DNA from: the human T2T-CHM13v2.0 reference genome, Homo sapiens
Length of the DNA: 64,000 nucleotides
Reading direction: 5' to 3' (one strand)
Assembly: GCF_009914755.1 (NCBI RefSeq)
Contig: NC_060935.1
A program made the position numbers and the translations under genes. This document shows, piece by piece, positions 53,121 through 64,000 of this stretch. Positions within the stretch are counted from its first letter, which is position 1, and each line of letters starts with the position of its first letter. The notes beneath the pieces are model-generated. The model ran no database searches. It was not told the origin of the DNA and saw only the letters and a list, made by a program, of their open reading frames with translations.

Positions 53121-53858
53121 TGTAACTGCCTGATGAGAACCTCTTGCCCACTGTCCAGATATGCCAATTTATCAAGACAGGGGAATTGCAATAGAGAAAG
53201 AGTCTAATATACATACAGTTCGCTAAAAATGAGGCTGGAGTTTTATTATTACTCAAATTAACCTCCCTGAAAATTTGGAGGCTAGAGTTTTTAAAGATAG
53301 TCTGGTGGGCAGAGAGGTTGGGAATGGCAAATGCTAATTGGTTGGGTCAGGGATGAAATCATAGGGAGATGAAGCTGTCCTCTTGTACAGAGTCAGTTCC
53401 TGGGTAGGGGCCACAAGATCAGATGAGTCCATTTACGAGTCTGAATGATGCCATCTGATCCATCAGAATGCAGGGTCTGAAAAATACCTCAAACACCAAT
53501 CTTAGGCTTTATAGTAGTGATGTTATCTCTAGGAGCAATTGGGGGGATTAGTAATCCTGTGCCCTCTGGCTTCATGAATCCTGAGCCGTAATTTCTAATC
53601 TTGTGGCTGTTTTGTTTGTTTTTACAAAGGTGGTCTGGTCTCCAAGAAAAGAAAGGATTTGTTTTGGAGAAGGGCTGTTATCATCTTTGTTTCAAAGTTA
53701 ACTTATAAATTAAATTTCTGCCCAAGTTACTTTGGCCTAAGCCCAAGAATGAACAAAGGGCAGCTTGGAGGTTAAAGGCAAGATTGAGTCAGTTAGGTCA
53801 GATCTCTTTTACTGTCACAATTTTATCACTGTTCTAATTTTTTGCAAAGGCAATTTCA
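53121..53858 (-). mobile_element. LTR8/LTR8A-like (ERV1) solo LTR, ~740 bp
   Basis: TG...CA termini. Motifs 'tttatcaagacaggggaattgcaatagagaaagag', 'ggagttttattattactcaaat' and 'aatttttgcaaaggcaatttca'. Confidence 0.85.
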
Positions 53859-54224
53859 TCGTGGCCCTCTTTTTGACCTCATAAGCAGAACTTTGGCCAC
53901 CCGCTGGGACCTGCTGGCTTATGCCCCGTGTTGGAATGGACACTTGAGTCAGGCCCTCATTCTGGCCACAGGGTATAGGAAATAGTGCTCCAGGAAGATT
54001 AGAGCTGCTTGGAGATGGTTGAGAGGGGCCAATTTGGCTCCAAATATTGAGGCAAGTGGTGAAAATGGAGAGCTGCAGCACTGGGCTATGGACAAGGCAT
54101 CCAAGGAAGTAACCAGCCAGAAGATATCACCTGCCTATGGCAGCTGCCTAAATGGACTGCTGAGGAATAAATGGGTCCTACGTTATCTGCTAAGGATGTA
54201 TTTCCCCTCTTTCTCTCTTTTTTA

Positions 54225-54748
54225 ATGAGCTTCTTATTTTAGAACAGTTTCAGAGTCACAGAAAAATTGTGAAGATGTGTACAGAGCTTGCAGTCTTCCT
54301 TACTATTAACATTTTACATAAGCTTAGTACAGTACTTAGTTACAATTAATGAACCAATGTTAATACACTGTGTTTAACTAAAGTCTATACCTTTATTCAG
54401 ATTTCCTTAGTTTTTGCCTATTGTCCTTTATCTGTTCGGTATCCCATTCGGGCTACCACTTATATTTAGTCATTATGTTTCCTTAGGCTTTCCTTGCCTG
54501 TGACAGTGTCTTTGCTTTTCATGATTTTGACAATATTGAAGAGTACTGGTCAGGTATTTTTTTAGAATATCCCTCAGTTTGGATTTGTCTGATTTTTTTC
54601 TTATAATTAGGCTGGGGTTATGTGTATTGAGGAGGAAGACTCATTGATATTTATTTTACACTTAGGGTTATAATACAATACTGCTTTATTTTGTTTCTCT
54701 AATTGTTCCAGCTTTGGCAAATGGAGGCTGTTTCAGTTGACTCTTCTG
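54225..54748 (-). mobile_element. L1MC-like 3' fragment
   Basis: 'ttttagaacagtttcagagtcacagaaaaattgtgaaga', 'tgaagagtactggtcaggtatttt', 'aattgttccagctttggc'. Confidence 0.75.
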
Positions 54749-57649
54749 ACAGGGATTTTAAGTTTGACTCAACTAAGTCAACTCAATGATTCAGTTGGAT
54801 TTGATGTAATAGGCAACTGGGATTCTGAGTAGGGGTGGCCTGCACTCTTACTGCCTTTGACTATGACTCGATGCTTCCACTTGGCAGATTGCATCAAGCC
54901 ATGTGCCCTGCAGGTCTTCCTATGTTCTAAAATAGAAATTCTTGGGGTAGAGCCAAGCTTGCTTTCTTTTCCTTTTCTTTTCTCCCTGTTCACACTGTAA
55001 ATTCTGTTTGAAAACTAACTGGGAAAGATCCTTTCTAAGACAGCTTAATGAAGAAATGTAGTTGAATGTACCACTTTCTCAGCCCAGTAATGCTGGCATT
55101 CCTCAGAGAGTCTGAACTTTTCCTAACCAAAACTAGGTTACAAAACGAATATAGGTTTCATATTCACAGGGTTGATAAACCCATAACTCAATGCCTGCTT
55201 ACCTCCTGGTTTCAGCACTTATATTTCTGTAATTATTTGCCTGCAAATTGCTGTAATCTGAGGGTACTGTGAACTCTTGGAGGGCTGACACTATGTTTTA
55301 TACATATTTGTAAACCCAGTGTCTAACATGGTGCTATGTTAGCTGCCCAATAATGTTGATTGAATAAACGAAGAATATTGGATGGGGAATGTAATTAGTT
55401 TGTTTATCCAATTTAATTAACTTGAAATCTTATAATCAACATATATGATGAAATTAATATTCAAGCAAAGTTATAGTCTCCCTGCCCTTGTTGTGGTTAT
55501 TTCATTATGATGAACCTCTTAAAGTACTTCTGAGAAAAATAGTCTTGATTTTGGCTCTTGTTTTCGTCAGCTGAACTTCCCCATTGTATTTATCAGATAT
55601 TTTCTTTTTCTTGATTTTCACTTATCACTGAACACACTTGTTCACTGACTTGAACTTTGTTCATTTTTTTAGATCTCTGGATCTTTTCTTGTCATGTCAA
55701 TTCTCTTTTTCTTAAGGTAACTGTCTTTTGACACGTCTTCTTTCTGTTTTCTTTCTTCTTCCTTTTCCCCTTATTCTGTGAGTGTAGTGCTCAATTTTCT
55801 TGCAGCTTTAACATCAGGAGTTTGATGAATATATTAGTTTCATACATGACTGGGATGCCTGTACAAAGAATGAACAAGCCGCTAGAGAACCAAGTGTGAA
55901 TGAAGCAAGGTTGTCAATGAAAAGCCCAGAAGAGGGAGGAAAAGCAGAGATTCGTCCTCGCCGTTGAAATTATTGCTGTGATTACTTGATACGTGGGCTC
56001 ATGACTTGCTCTGTAAATCAGTACCCTTTTCCCTGTGCTCATAGTGGTTCCTACCTTAGAGTGACCTTGGTTAAAAATGCCTGTCCAGGTGGTGTTGGCC
56101 TGACAATGTATTTGCCTTTCAAGGTCAACTTCTTTCTTCTTTTCACAATTTGCTTTAAGCTGTTATACTGAGGTGACTTTATTTTATTTGCAGCTTTGTT
56201 TCCCCCTGTGGCTGGATCAATGCCATTGTGGAAAGGTCAGCAGCTTCTGAAACACCTTTGTTTGGTAATGGAGTGTAGGGCCCATTTTCAAGACTTTTTT
56301 TTCCCTCCTCTAGTTCTTTCTCCTTTCCCTCCCACTAAGAATCAATTCCAGAGTCCCATCTGTGCTTTCCCTCTAAATGACTCTCCTTTACAGGTGTTAA
56401 CATTGCATTTAAGTTAAAACATGCCATTGCCCCTCATAAGCCAGGCACGTCCTGTTGTCAACACAGTATATGCTCCATTCCCACAAGCCTCCTGCTAATC
56501 ATCCTTGCATTGTGACCGTTTCTGGGTGACTGTTTTGCTTTATAAATGACCATTTAGTCCTGGTTTGTGTGAATGCAATGTGTAGAGCTTTTGTGTCCGA
56601 GGGCTAAGCTGTAGGGTCTTGTAGCGTTTGCCTTTTGTGCGTCTGGTATTGGCAGAAAGTGAGCTTGTGGGTCCTGCAATGAGAAGCGACTGCCATTGTG
56701 GTGCTTATCGGCATTATTGGACACTAATGGATGGATAGCAGATAACGAATATATCCGAAGCCTTACCTTTCTTCCTCTCTTGTGTGTTAGGACCGACAGG
56801 ATCATTCAGGGCAAGGTGAGTGTAATAACATGCTTTGTTTTAAATGACAAATCAGCTTTGGCTTAATTCATTCACTTTCTCCCTTTCAATAGGTGAAGAT
56901 AAATTAACTAGAGAAGCTTTGGGATAAATCAAATAAGTGAACATACTACTTACTTTTTCTTAGGCCTCTGATGCATTTGGCTGAGTGATTTTTATAAATA
57001 TGAACTTTTCATGCTTCATACAGTCAGTAGCTCCCCAAACTCCCAAGCAGGGCACCTCAGGTTTGCCATGATTTAGTTCCACCACCTTTCTAGTCTCTTT
57101 CTCCATTCTTACCCACACGTACCCTTTGTTCTAGCCATAGTGAAGATATCACAGTTCCTGTAACAAATCATGCCCAGTCACCTCTTGGTGCCTTTATACA
57201 CAATGTGTTCTTACCTCAAATTACCTTTCCCTGCTATAGTCTCCCACTCTGCACCCACCAGCCGATAAACTCCTATGCTACATGCAGGTTACTGCCACAT
57301 GTCCTATCCTTGTTAAACCTCCGGTGACCCCTTTCCCACCTGTATATTGATCATTTCCACCTTCAGGCCACATCTCTACTTGGTACATGATTGTACCTAT
57401 TCTAAACTTAATAGCACCTAAGGTCATTTTCCAACTTGAAACCTTTCAGGAGTTTACTCTCTTTTTTCCCCCTAACTTCCCATATCAACATAGTGGTAAA
57501 ATTGGTAAGCATTGTAATATGACTGCAAAGTCCAAAATCCTGGCTCCACTTTTTATGAGCTATGTTACCCTGGGCAAATTATTTAATTTCTCTGGTCTCA
57601 ATTCCTAGGTGTTCTTGGGAAAGTCATCTAAATTTCCTTTGCCTCAATT

Positions 57650-58171
57650 TTTATGCTGGATTCCATGTTATCCACCTGGCATCATCACCACCATTCCCTT
57701 CTAAAGGTCCCTTCTGCATCATATTGCAGAGAAACAGGAACACTTTCCCAGCATTTCTTTCCCTATATGATTTCGTGTTAGAGATAGCCAATGACGGGCA
57801 CTGGCACAAATGTTGGGAGGCAGGAAAGGAGGAGCCACCATTCTCCAGAAGCTGTTGCAGCCAGACACCTGGGCAAATGTGACAGCCACAGTCATTTCCC
57901 AAGAAACTCTTGAGAATGACTTGTTTGCTGCTGTAGCTCTAAACAGTGGTAGAAGCTTCCTGGAGATTCTTAAAACTTTTAGAGGCTTGCTAGTGAGTTC
58001 TTAAAATAAGTGACTTTGTTGCTGCCTACAGCCTAGGATTGCTGGTGGCTGCTTCCCAGCTTTTGTGTTCCTAGTTCTTCCCAATGTTATGATTATCTCT
58101 AATTACCTATTTTTTATACCTGTAATACATGGAGTGGCTTCTGTTTTTCTAGCCATACCCTGAGTGGTGCA
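57650..58171 (+). mobile_element. Old ERVL LTR (LTR33/LTR41-like)
   Basis: 'tagccaatgacgggcactggcacaaatgttgggaggcagg' and 3' 'tacctgtaatacatggagtggcttctgtttttc...accctgagtggtgca'. Confidence 0.55.
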
Positions 58172-58529
58172 ATGTTCTCATCAGTTTAATGCAGAGAATT
58201 ATGGTACCGGCTTCAGAGAATTAACTGAAAAACAAACATACCTGAAGCTCTTTGAACATATTATATACTTCTTAATATTTTGTGTCCGCTACTGGAATAT
58301 GAGCTCCATTCTATTCTATACACCCTTATTGGGAGCCTTCTCTACTCTCAGTCTTGCTTGCATAATATATCCATTCCTTATTTTATTAGAGGAATACTAT
58401 TTCTAAATGCAAACTTGATCATGTCTGTCTTCTTATCACGAGGAGCTCCCCATCTTTCTATCATCCTTATCTATGAGGGGAAGTGGAAATCAGCTTGTTG
58501 GAATGAAAGAATGAAGTCTACCATGATTG

Positions 58530-58905
58530 ATGACTTATCTACTCACAGCCTCTGCTGTAGCCCTACTGAACTTCAAAAGGAACCCAAAACTTGCTCTAGT
58601 ATTTCACACTTCTGTGTCTTTGCTGTTGCTATTCCATCTGCTGGGGAGAACTTTCTATCTTTCATCCACGCCTCTGAGATCCTAGGCACAATTTGTCGCA
58701 TTTGGAGAGTCCTCTTTGATCCTGCTGTATTTCAGCCTTATTTATCAGGCTTGATTGACATATTCAATTACATATTTGTGTATTTGTATTTTCTTTAATT
58801 ATGCAGGATGTTTGGGAAGAGAATCCTTTCTTATTTCTCTTGGCATTTCTAGCCCGGAAACTAGGATAGAATAGGTTTCAATAATACATGTTCAATGAAT
58901 GAATG
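58530..58905 (+). mobile_element. L2 3' fragment
   Basis: 'tgtgtctttgctgttgctattccatctgctgg', ending 'aataatacatgttcaatgaatgaatga'. Confidence 0.55.
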
Positions 58906-60138
58906 ATCAAACACTTTAATACTAACATAGGCCTTATAACTTTCAAAGGAGTACACTTAGCCGTGGGAATTAGAGGCCATGCTGTTACAGATTCTGTCAT
59001 CCTGTAAGAGCTGTGCTGCAGTTTATGGAACTTCAAGCAACATTTTGGCCAGTGGGCACGAAGAGTGATCTGTTAGACTGATAGTGACTGGGAACAAACT
59101 TACTGCTGTTGTGGCTACAGCAGTGTCAGATGTTTGGTTTTGATCATCCTGATTAGGAGAATATCTAATTCTTCAGAGAGAGAGACAGAGCTATTTTCCT
59201 CTCTGTCAGTCTGGCCGTTGTCACTGCTGTTTCTTTCAATGTGGTAGGCACATTAGATTATGACCTCCTGCTGGCAAAAGAGGTCCTGGGTGCCCATGTC
59301 AACGTGAGGCCAGTGGGTAATGTCCTGTTGTTTCCCCACAAGCTGGTGCAAGAGAAGATGTATATTTTCAGTGATTGTTCAGCTGCACTTGGAAATTTTT
59401 AGCGAGTGGGTTTACTGCAGGAATGCTTAGATCTATTATTTACCAAATGGTATGAGTTAGAGATGGATGCTATGTGGCAGGATCCTTATTCATTTCTCAT
59501 CTGCAGAGGCTGCTTCCTATTCAGCTCTGTGTTCTACTTCATTTTAAGTATTCCTAATGTTTGGACATCTCCCACTCCACTCAAGATGATTTAGTCATCA
59601 GATTGCAGTTGGGAAGTTTTCGCCTATCTTTCTGCTTTAATTGGTCTTTTGAAAGCTCTACTCCCCTGCGGATGGCAGGGAGATATAATAGAGTTTGAGA
59701 TAAAAGGGTCTGGGCTTGAGCTCTAGCTCTAACATGAACTAGCTTTGTGATTTTGGACAAATACTTAACCTTTCTGAGCTTCATGTTCATGCTCTTTTAA
59801 ATGGAAATGATTATAATTGCTCTTCTTACCTCCTAGGGTGTGTTAGTCTGATTAAATTTCCTAATTCTAGGGCAAACCTAGAGGTAGTATTTCTTTTTCT
59901 CTAAATGAGTGAGCTTTTACATAGGAACATTGGATCCCAAGCAGTGAATAAAACACAGCTGAACTTTAATACTGCATCTTATCCTGCTGACATCCAGTCG
60001 GGAAAGAATGCACAAGTATATGTGGCCCAAGAAGGGTCATTCCAGGCACAGTATGGTATACTCTGATGGTAGAAAAGAGTAGAGTCATTCTGCACTCTGC
60101 GAGGCATTCTTGTCGAATTAGGGGCTATGTGTATCTTA

Positions 60139-60356
60139 TTGGTTCTCAACTGGGGGCAATTTTACCTTTCAGGGGACATATGAAAATGTCTGAAGACATT
60201 TTTTCCTGTTTCAACCACAGGGGAAGGAGGGAGTGCTCCTGGCATCTGATGGGTAGAGGCCACCAATGCTGCTGAACATTCTACAAGCACAAGAGAAGCT
60301 CCCAACAACAACAAATGATCTGATCTCAAATCCCAATACTGCTGTGGTTGAGACAC
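60139..60356 (+). mobile_element. MER20 (hAT-Charlie)
   Basis: 'ggttctcaactgggggcaatttt...ggggacat...ctggcatctgatgggtagaggcca...atgctgctgaacattctacaa'. Confidence 0.88.
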
Positions 60357-60589
60357 AATGATGTATCTTATTTAACCCTGTCCCAGAGTTCCAGGGCCAA
60401 GCAGGATGAGCTGCATTAGGATGCAGAGAACTCTGAGGAGGTGATGAGCACCCTGAATGGCTTAGCTTAGCCCCTGGGCCCACCTGAATTCTGCTTCAGG
60501 TTTCTAGCCTAATAAGCCCTGCACTTACATCAACCACTGTTAGATTCTTCTCTGTTCAGTTTCCTTGGAAATCTCTTGTTATCAATATT

Positions 60590-60845
60590 TGCTAATAGTT
60601 AAGAATTTAGACTTTGCAGCTAGAATGTCTACTTTGAATCCTTACCTGTCATTTACTAGCTATGTGACCCATAGGAAATTCTCTATGCCTTAGCTAACTA
60701 AACTATACAATGGAGATATGAGTATTCATCTTATATGGTTATATGTCAATTAATATGCACAAATAAAAATACTATATGCCAATTAATAAGCACCTTGAAT
60801 GGTACTTGGCACTTAGTAAGTGCTTAGCAGCTGTTAACCATTACG
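60590..60845 (+). mobile_element. MIR SINE
   Basis: 'catttactagctatgtgacc', 'ttggcacttagtaagtgctta'. Confidence 0.7.
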
Positions 60846-61642
60846 TAATTGACTATACTTCAGAACAATAGCATACCAACACAACATTATTGTGTGGTTC
60901 TCATACCATTTTACTTTAATTGGTCAAAGCTTTATTTCATGCCTTGCTTCATGCCAGACACAGCGTTGAGCAGTGGGAAATCACAAGTGCTCTAAGTGAA
61001 CTCACAGGCAATAAGTAAATTTGTTACTATATAGTCCAACGAGTGTAATAGAACCGTATATGCTCTACTATGGTGGCACCAGATTGGAATGATTAATTCT
61101 ATCTGAAGCCATCTGAGAAGAAAGTTAGTTTTGTTTTTTTTTCTTTTTTTGGAAGGTTAGTTTTTAAAAGATGACAAAGCAGATCAGGAAAAGTTGAAAG
61201 TAGAAACTTCTCCTTATTAGCCTAACCCAAGATGTGCTATTTCTTGAAGCTTCTGCACATCTAAGCTGCTCTGTCTCCCCAACTGGTATCACTTTGTATT
61301 CCTCTCCCTCATCTGCAGTAGCTGGAAGACATCACTCCTTCTTGCCCCTCTCCACTTTTTCTGCCTGGATACATAGATTTATGTCAGAAAATACATCTTT
61401 GTGTGGGAGGGTCTCTGAACAGGTGCCTTTCATTCCCTTTCCTGCTCAGAAGAGACACCACTGTAGGAAGCCCATAAACAACCACTAATCTTAAGAGCTC
61501 ATGCAGCTGGCCAGCTGGACATTGTATTGTACCAAATAGCAGTGATCTGTGGAGTTGTTTGAACTGGTTCACTCTCACGATAATCAGGAAAAAATCCTTC
61601 CTGGTAAGGAGGGGCCAGCTGATAGAGCAGAAAGAAACTTAG

Positions 61643-61643
<1 letters not shown>

Positions 61644-61680
<37 letters not shown>
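61644..61680 (+). repeat. (AC)n microsatellite, ~18 units, uninterrupted
   Basis: Seen directly. Confidence 0.95.
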
Positions 61681-61684
<4 letters not shown>

Positions 61685-62544
61685 TAAAATCTCTTTACTG
61701 TAGTTTTTAGACTTTCACAACTACCAAATGTTCTTTCCACAGAGAAACAGAGATGATGTTTTGCTTGCAACTGTATTTTTATGAACTATATTTGCCTTAA
61801 GAGTTGAGATAAATATGAGTTTACATATTCAGTCTTACAGCCAGTCTCCTGAGCCAAGCTGCATACTCTGAATGCAACAATGAATACTGAAGCTTGGCTT
61901 GATGGGGCTGGGGGTGGGGGTGGGGTGTGAATATGAAGAGAGCTTTAAAACTTCAATATCTCTTTCATGTTTATCTGCGAGTGTGAAAATGCCATGAATG
62001 ATCAATTAACTATGGCCCATAGAGTTGTGGATAATTGCTCATTCTCTTTCAAGGAACTTTGGTTCCCCCAAATAGTTGCTTTATTTTAGGCATGGGGCTT
62101 AAAACATTAAACTTATTTTCATTATCAGAGCACGTCTTAGGGAAGGCAAGTCAGATGAAAGCTTTATTATTGCTAATTATAGTTTCATATCTTTAGAGAA
62201 GCACCTGTGTAAATTGCACATGAACTGCTGTTCTTTGAATGCATGCAAATTGCATTATGTACATGGTACTTGGCCTCTTGTTTTCTTGCATAGCAAGTTG
62301 TCTCTGAGATGTGAGATGATTTCACGGTGGTGATAGGCCCATTTGCAAATCTGTTTATAGTAATTAAACTATCAAAATAATGTTCCATTTCTCTTGAATT
62401 CCAAATGGGCTGATTTCATTAGCTTCATGTTTGGGCTGACCCTCAATTAAACTGTGAGAAGCAAATTGAACTTGCGTCCTTGGCAGCAGACTTTCTCTAC
62501 CATGTCTTCTACTCTGGCGTTGAAGAATACAGTTTCACCAAATC

Positions 62545-62770
62545 TCTACCTTGGCATTGTTGCCATTGGGCATTAATAATTCTTGTTGTAGGGGCTTGTC
62601 CTGTACATTGTAGGATGTTTAGCATCATCTTTGACCTCTTCCCACTAGATGCCAGTCACATCCCCTGCCCCAGTTGTGACAACCAAAAATATCTCCACGT
62701 ATTGCCAAATATTCCCTGGGAAGCAAAATTTCCCCTGGTTGGCAAAATTATTCCTAGTTGAAAACCACTA
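62545..62770 (-). mobile_element. MER20 (hAT-Charlie) with 19-bp subterminal duplication
   Basis: 'tgtcctgtacattgtaggatgtttagcatc...cccactagatgccag...cagttgtgacaaccaaaaat...ttgaaaaccact'. Confidence 0.88.
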
Positions 62771-63284
62771 TGCTATTTGATGCTTCATGTATATGGAAAA
62801 GAAAGGATTCTAAAATGTTGAAACCCTAAAATTGTATGCTGGACCATGTGGCAGGTTCTTTGGCGTTACCTTTAAAGGACCATAGGTACTGATTTGCTCA
62901 GGCAACTCCTGTTTCACACCTGTTGTACCACCAAAATTATTAACAGAACCCTGTTTCACTTTCAAACTCTACTGATTCTAATGGTAAATTGTATAGGTAC
63001 TCTAGTTTTGGGGGAGATGCTCAAAACTTCGTAATTGCATAAAAGGAAATTAGGCTCAGAAGTTCAAGTAATTTACCAAAGGTCAGGTTACACAGCTACT
63101 AAATTGGGTTGCTAAACCTTGAAAATGGGACTAAGTCCAAAGTTGCATCAGTTGCTTTAATTTTCTCTTTCCAATTTCCCCAGAGTGATCTACAGTAAAA
63201 CTCTTGACGCTAAAAGGATTTCAAGAACAGCCTTGATGGCAAGAACTTGGAAGAGTTCATCTTTCTCAGTATCCAGACAGGAGG

Positions 63285-63490
63285 AGAGAGAGTTGAGAGT
63301 TGGACAATCCTAGTTTCAAGTCTGAGTTCATCATTTACTTTTTTGTGACCTTGGCAACATGCCTCCTATATTTCTATCTCTAGAAAATAGAGATAATAAA
63401 CTGAACACAAAGTTATCATAAGGGTTAAATTAGATTATGTATGTATAGTATGGCACCTGCCATATATTAAGCAGTCAATCAATTGTTGAT
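63285..63490 (+). mobile_element. MIR SINE
   Basis: 'tgtgaccttggcaa...agggttaaattagattatgtatgt...gcacctgccatatattaagcagtcaat'. Confidence 0.65.
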
Positions 63491-64000
63491 ATGATGATTA
63501 CTAACTCCAAAAGAAAGGGGATGATGGTAGAGTTCAAGATATTAAAGGGAAACAGGCAGGACCCTAGGGGCTGTGATAGGAAAGAAGGGCCACATGAGGA
63601 GTGGGGCTGAACTGAGGACTAGGGTGATATCTTACTCATTAGTGCTCTATGGTTCCCTCGAAGGGCCTGCATCTGGGAAGAATACTCACTGAAATTTTCT
63701 AACCCAAAGCTTAATAGGGTATTTCAAATTTATAGGGAAATTTGAAAAGCAAAACACTATAAAGACCCAAAGCCATAGAGATAGAACAGTGGGATATTGC
63801 CTTGGAAGGTTAGCACAGGAGTTAAAATGTCAGCGGTTAAGTTCTTTCCAGAGCCAAGCAGTGTGTGTTCTTCAGCCAGCCATTCTTCTCCTTTGAACCT
63901 TAGTTTTCTCATTGTAAAATGAAGAATTGTGACTAAGCCTTAGTACCTTAAAAAAGTCACAAAATGACTTTATAGTAATGCGAAAAGAGTACCAACAGAA

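Noticed and set aside
58280-58798. 172-aa ORF
   Set aside because: Non-ATG start, overlaps an L2 relic, and has no recognisable domain or coding-like composition.

Overview
This is AT-rich primate (most likely human) genomic DNA inside the NELL1 gene on the + strand. It contains one 129-bp coding exon (1026-1154; EGF-like domain GHNFCAEGPKCGENSECKNWNTKATCECKSGYISVQGDSAYCE, phase 1-1). The remaining ~63 kb is one very large intron. That intron is filled with Alus, truncated L1s, L2/MIR relics, MaLR/ERVL/ERV1 solo LTRs, MER DNA transposons and simple repeats. All other listed ORFs look spurious. The most unusual element is a tailless, TSD-flanked 5S rRNA retrocopy at ~41472-41596 that is circularly permuted. 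In 5S sense it reads nt 35-119 fused directly to nt 1-41, so the mature 3' end is joined to the 5' end with a short terminal redundancy. That structure is expected from reverse transcription of a circular or end-ligated 5S RNA, or from an end-to-end template jump. Other items: several local templated duplications, two ultra-short L1 insertions with perfect TSDs, a pre-miRNA-like double hairpin, and a candidate 25-nt micro-exon. Repeat subfamily names come from recalled consensus sequences, not from a RepeatMasker run. Boundaries of old elements are approximate.
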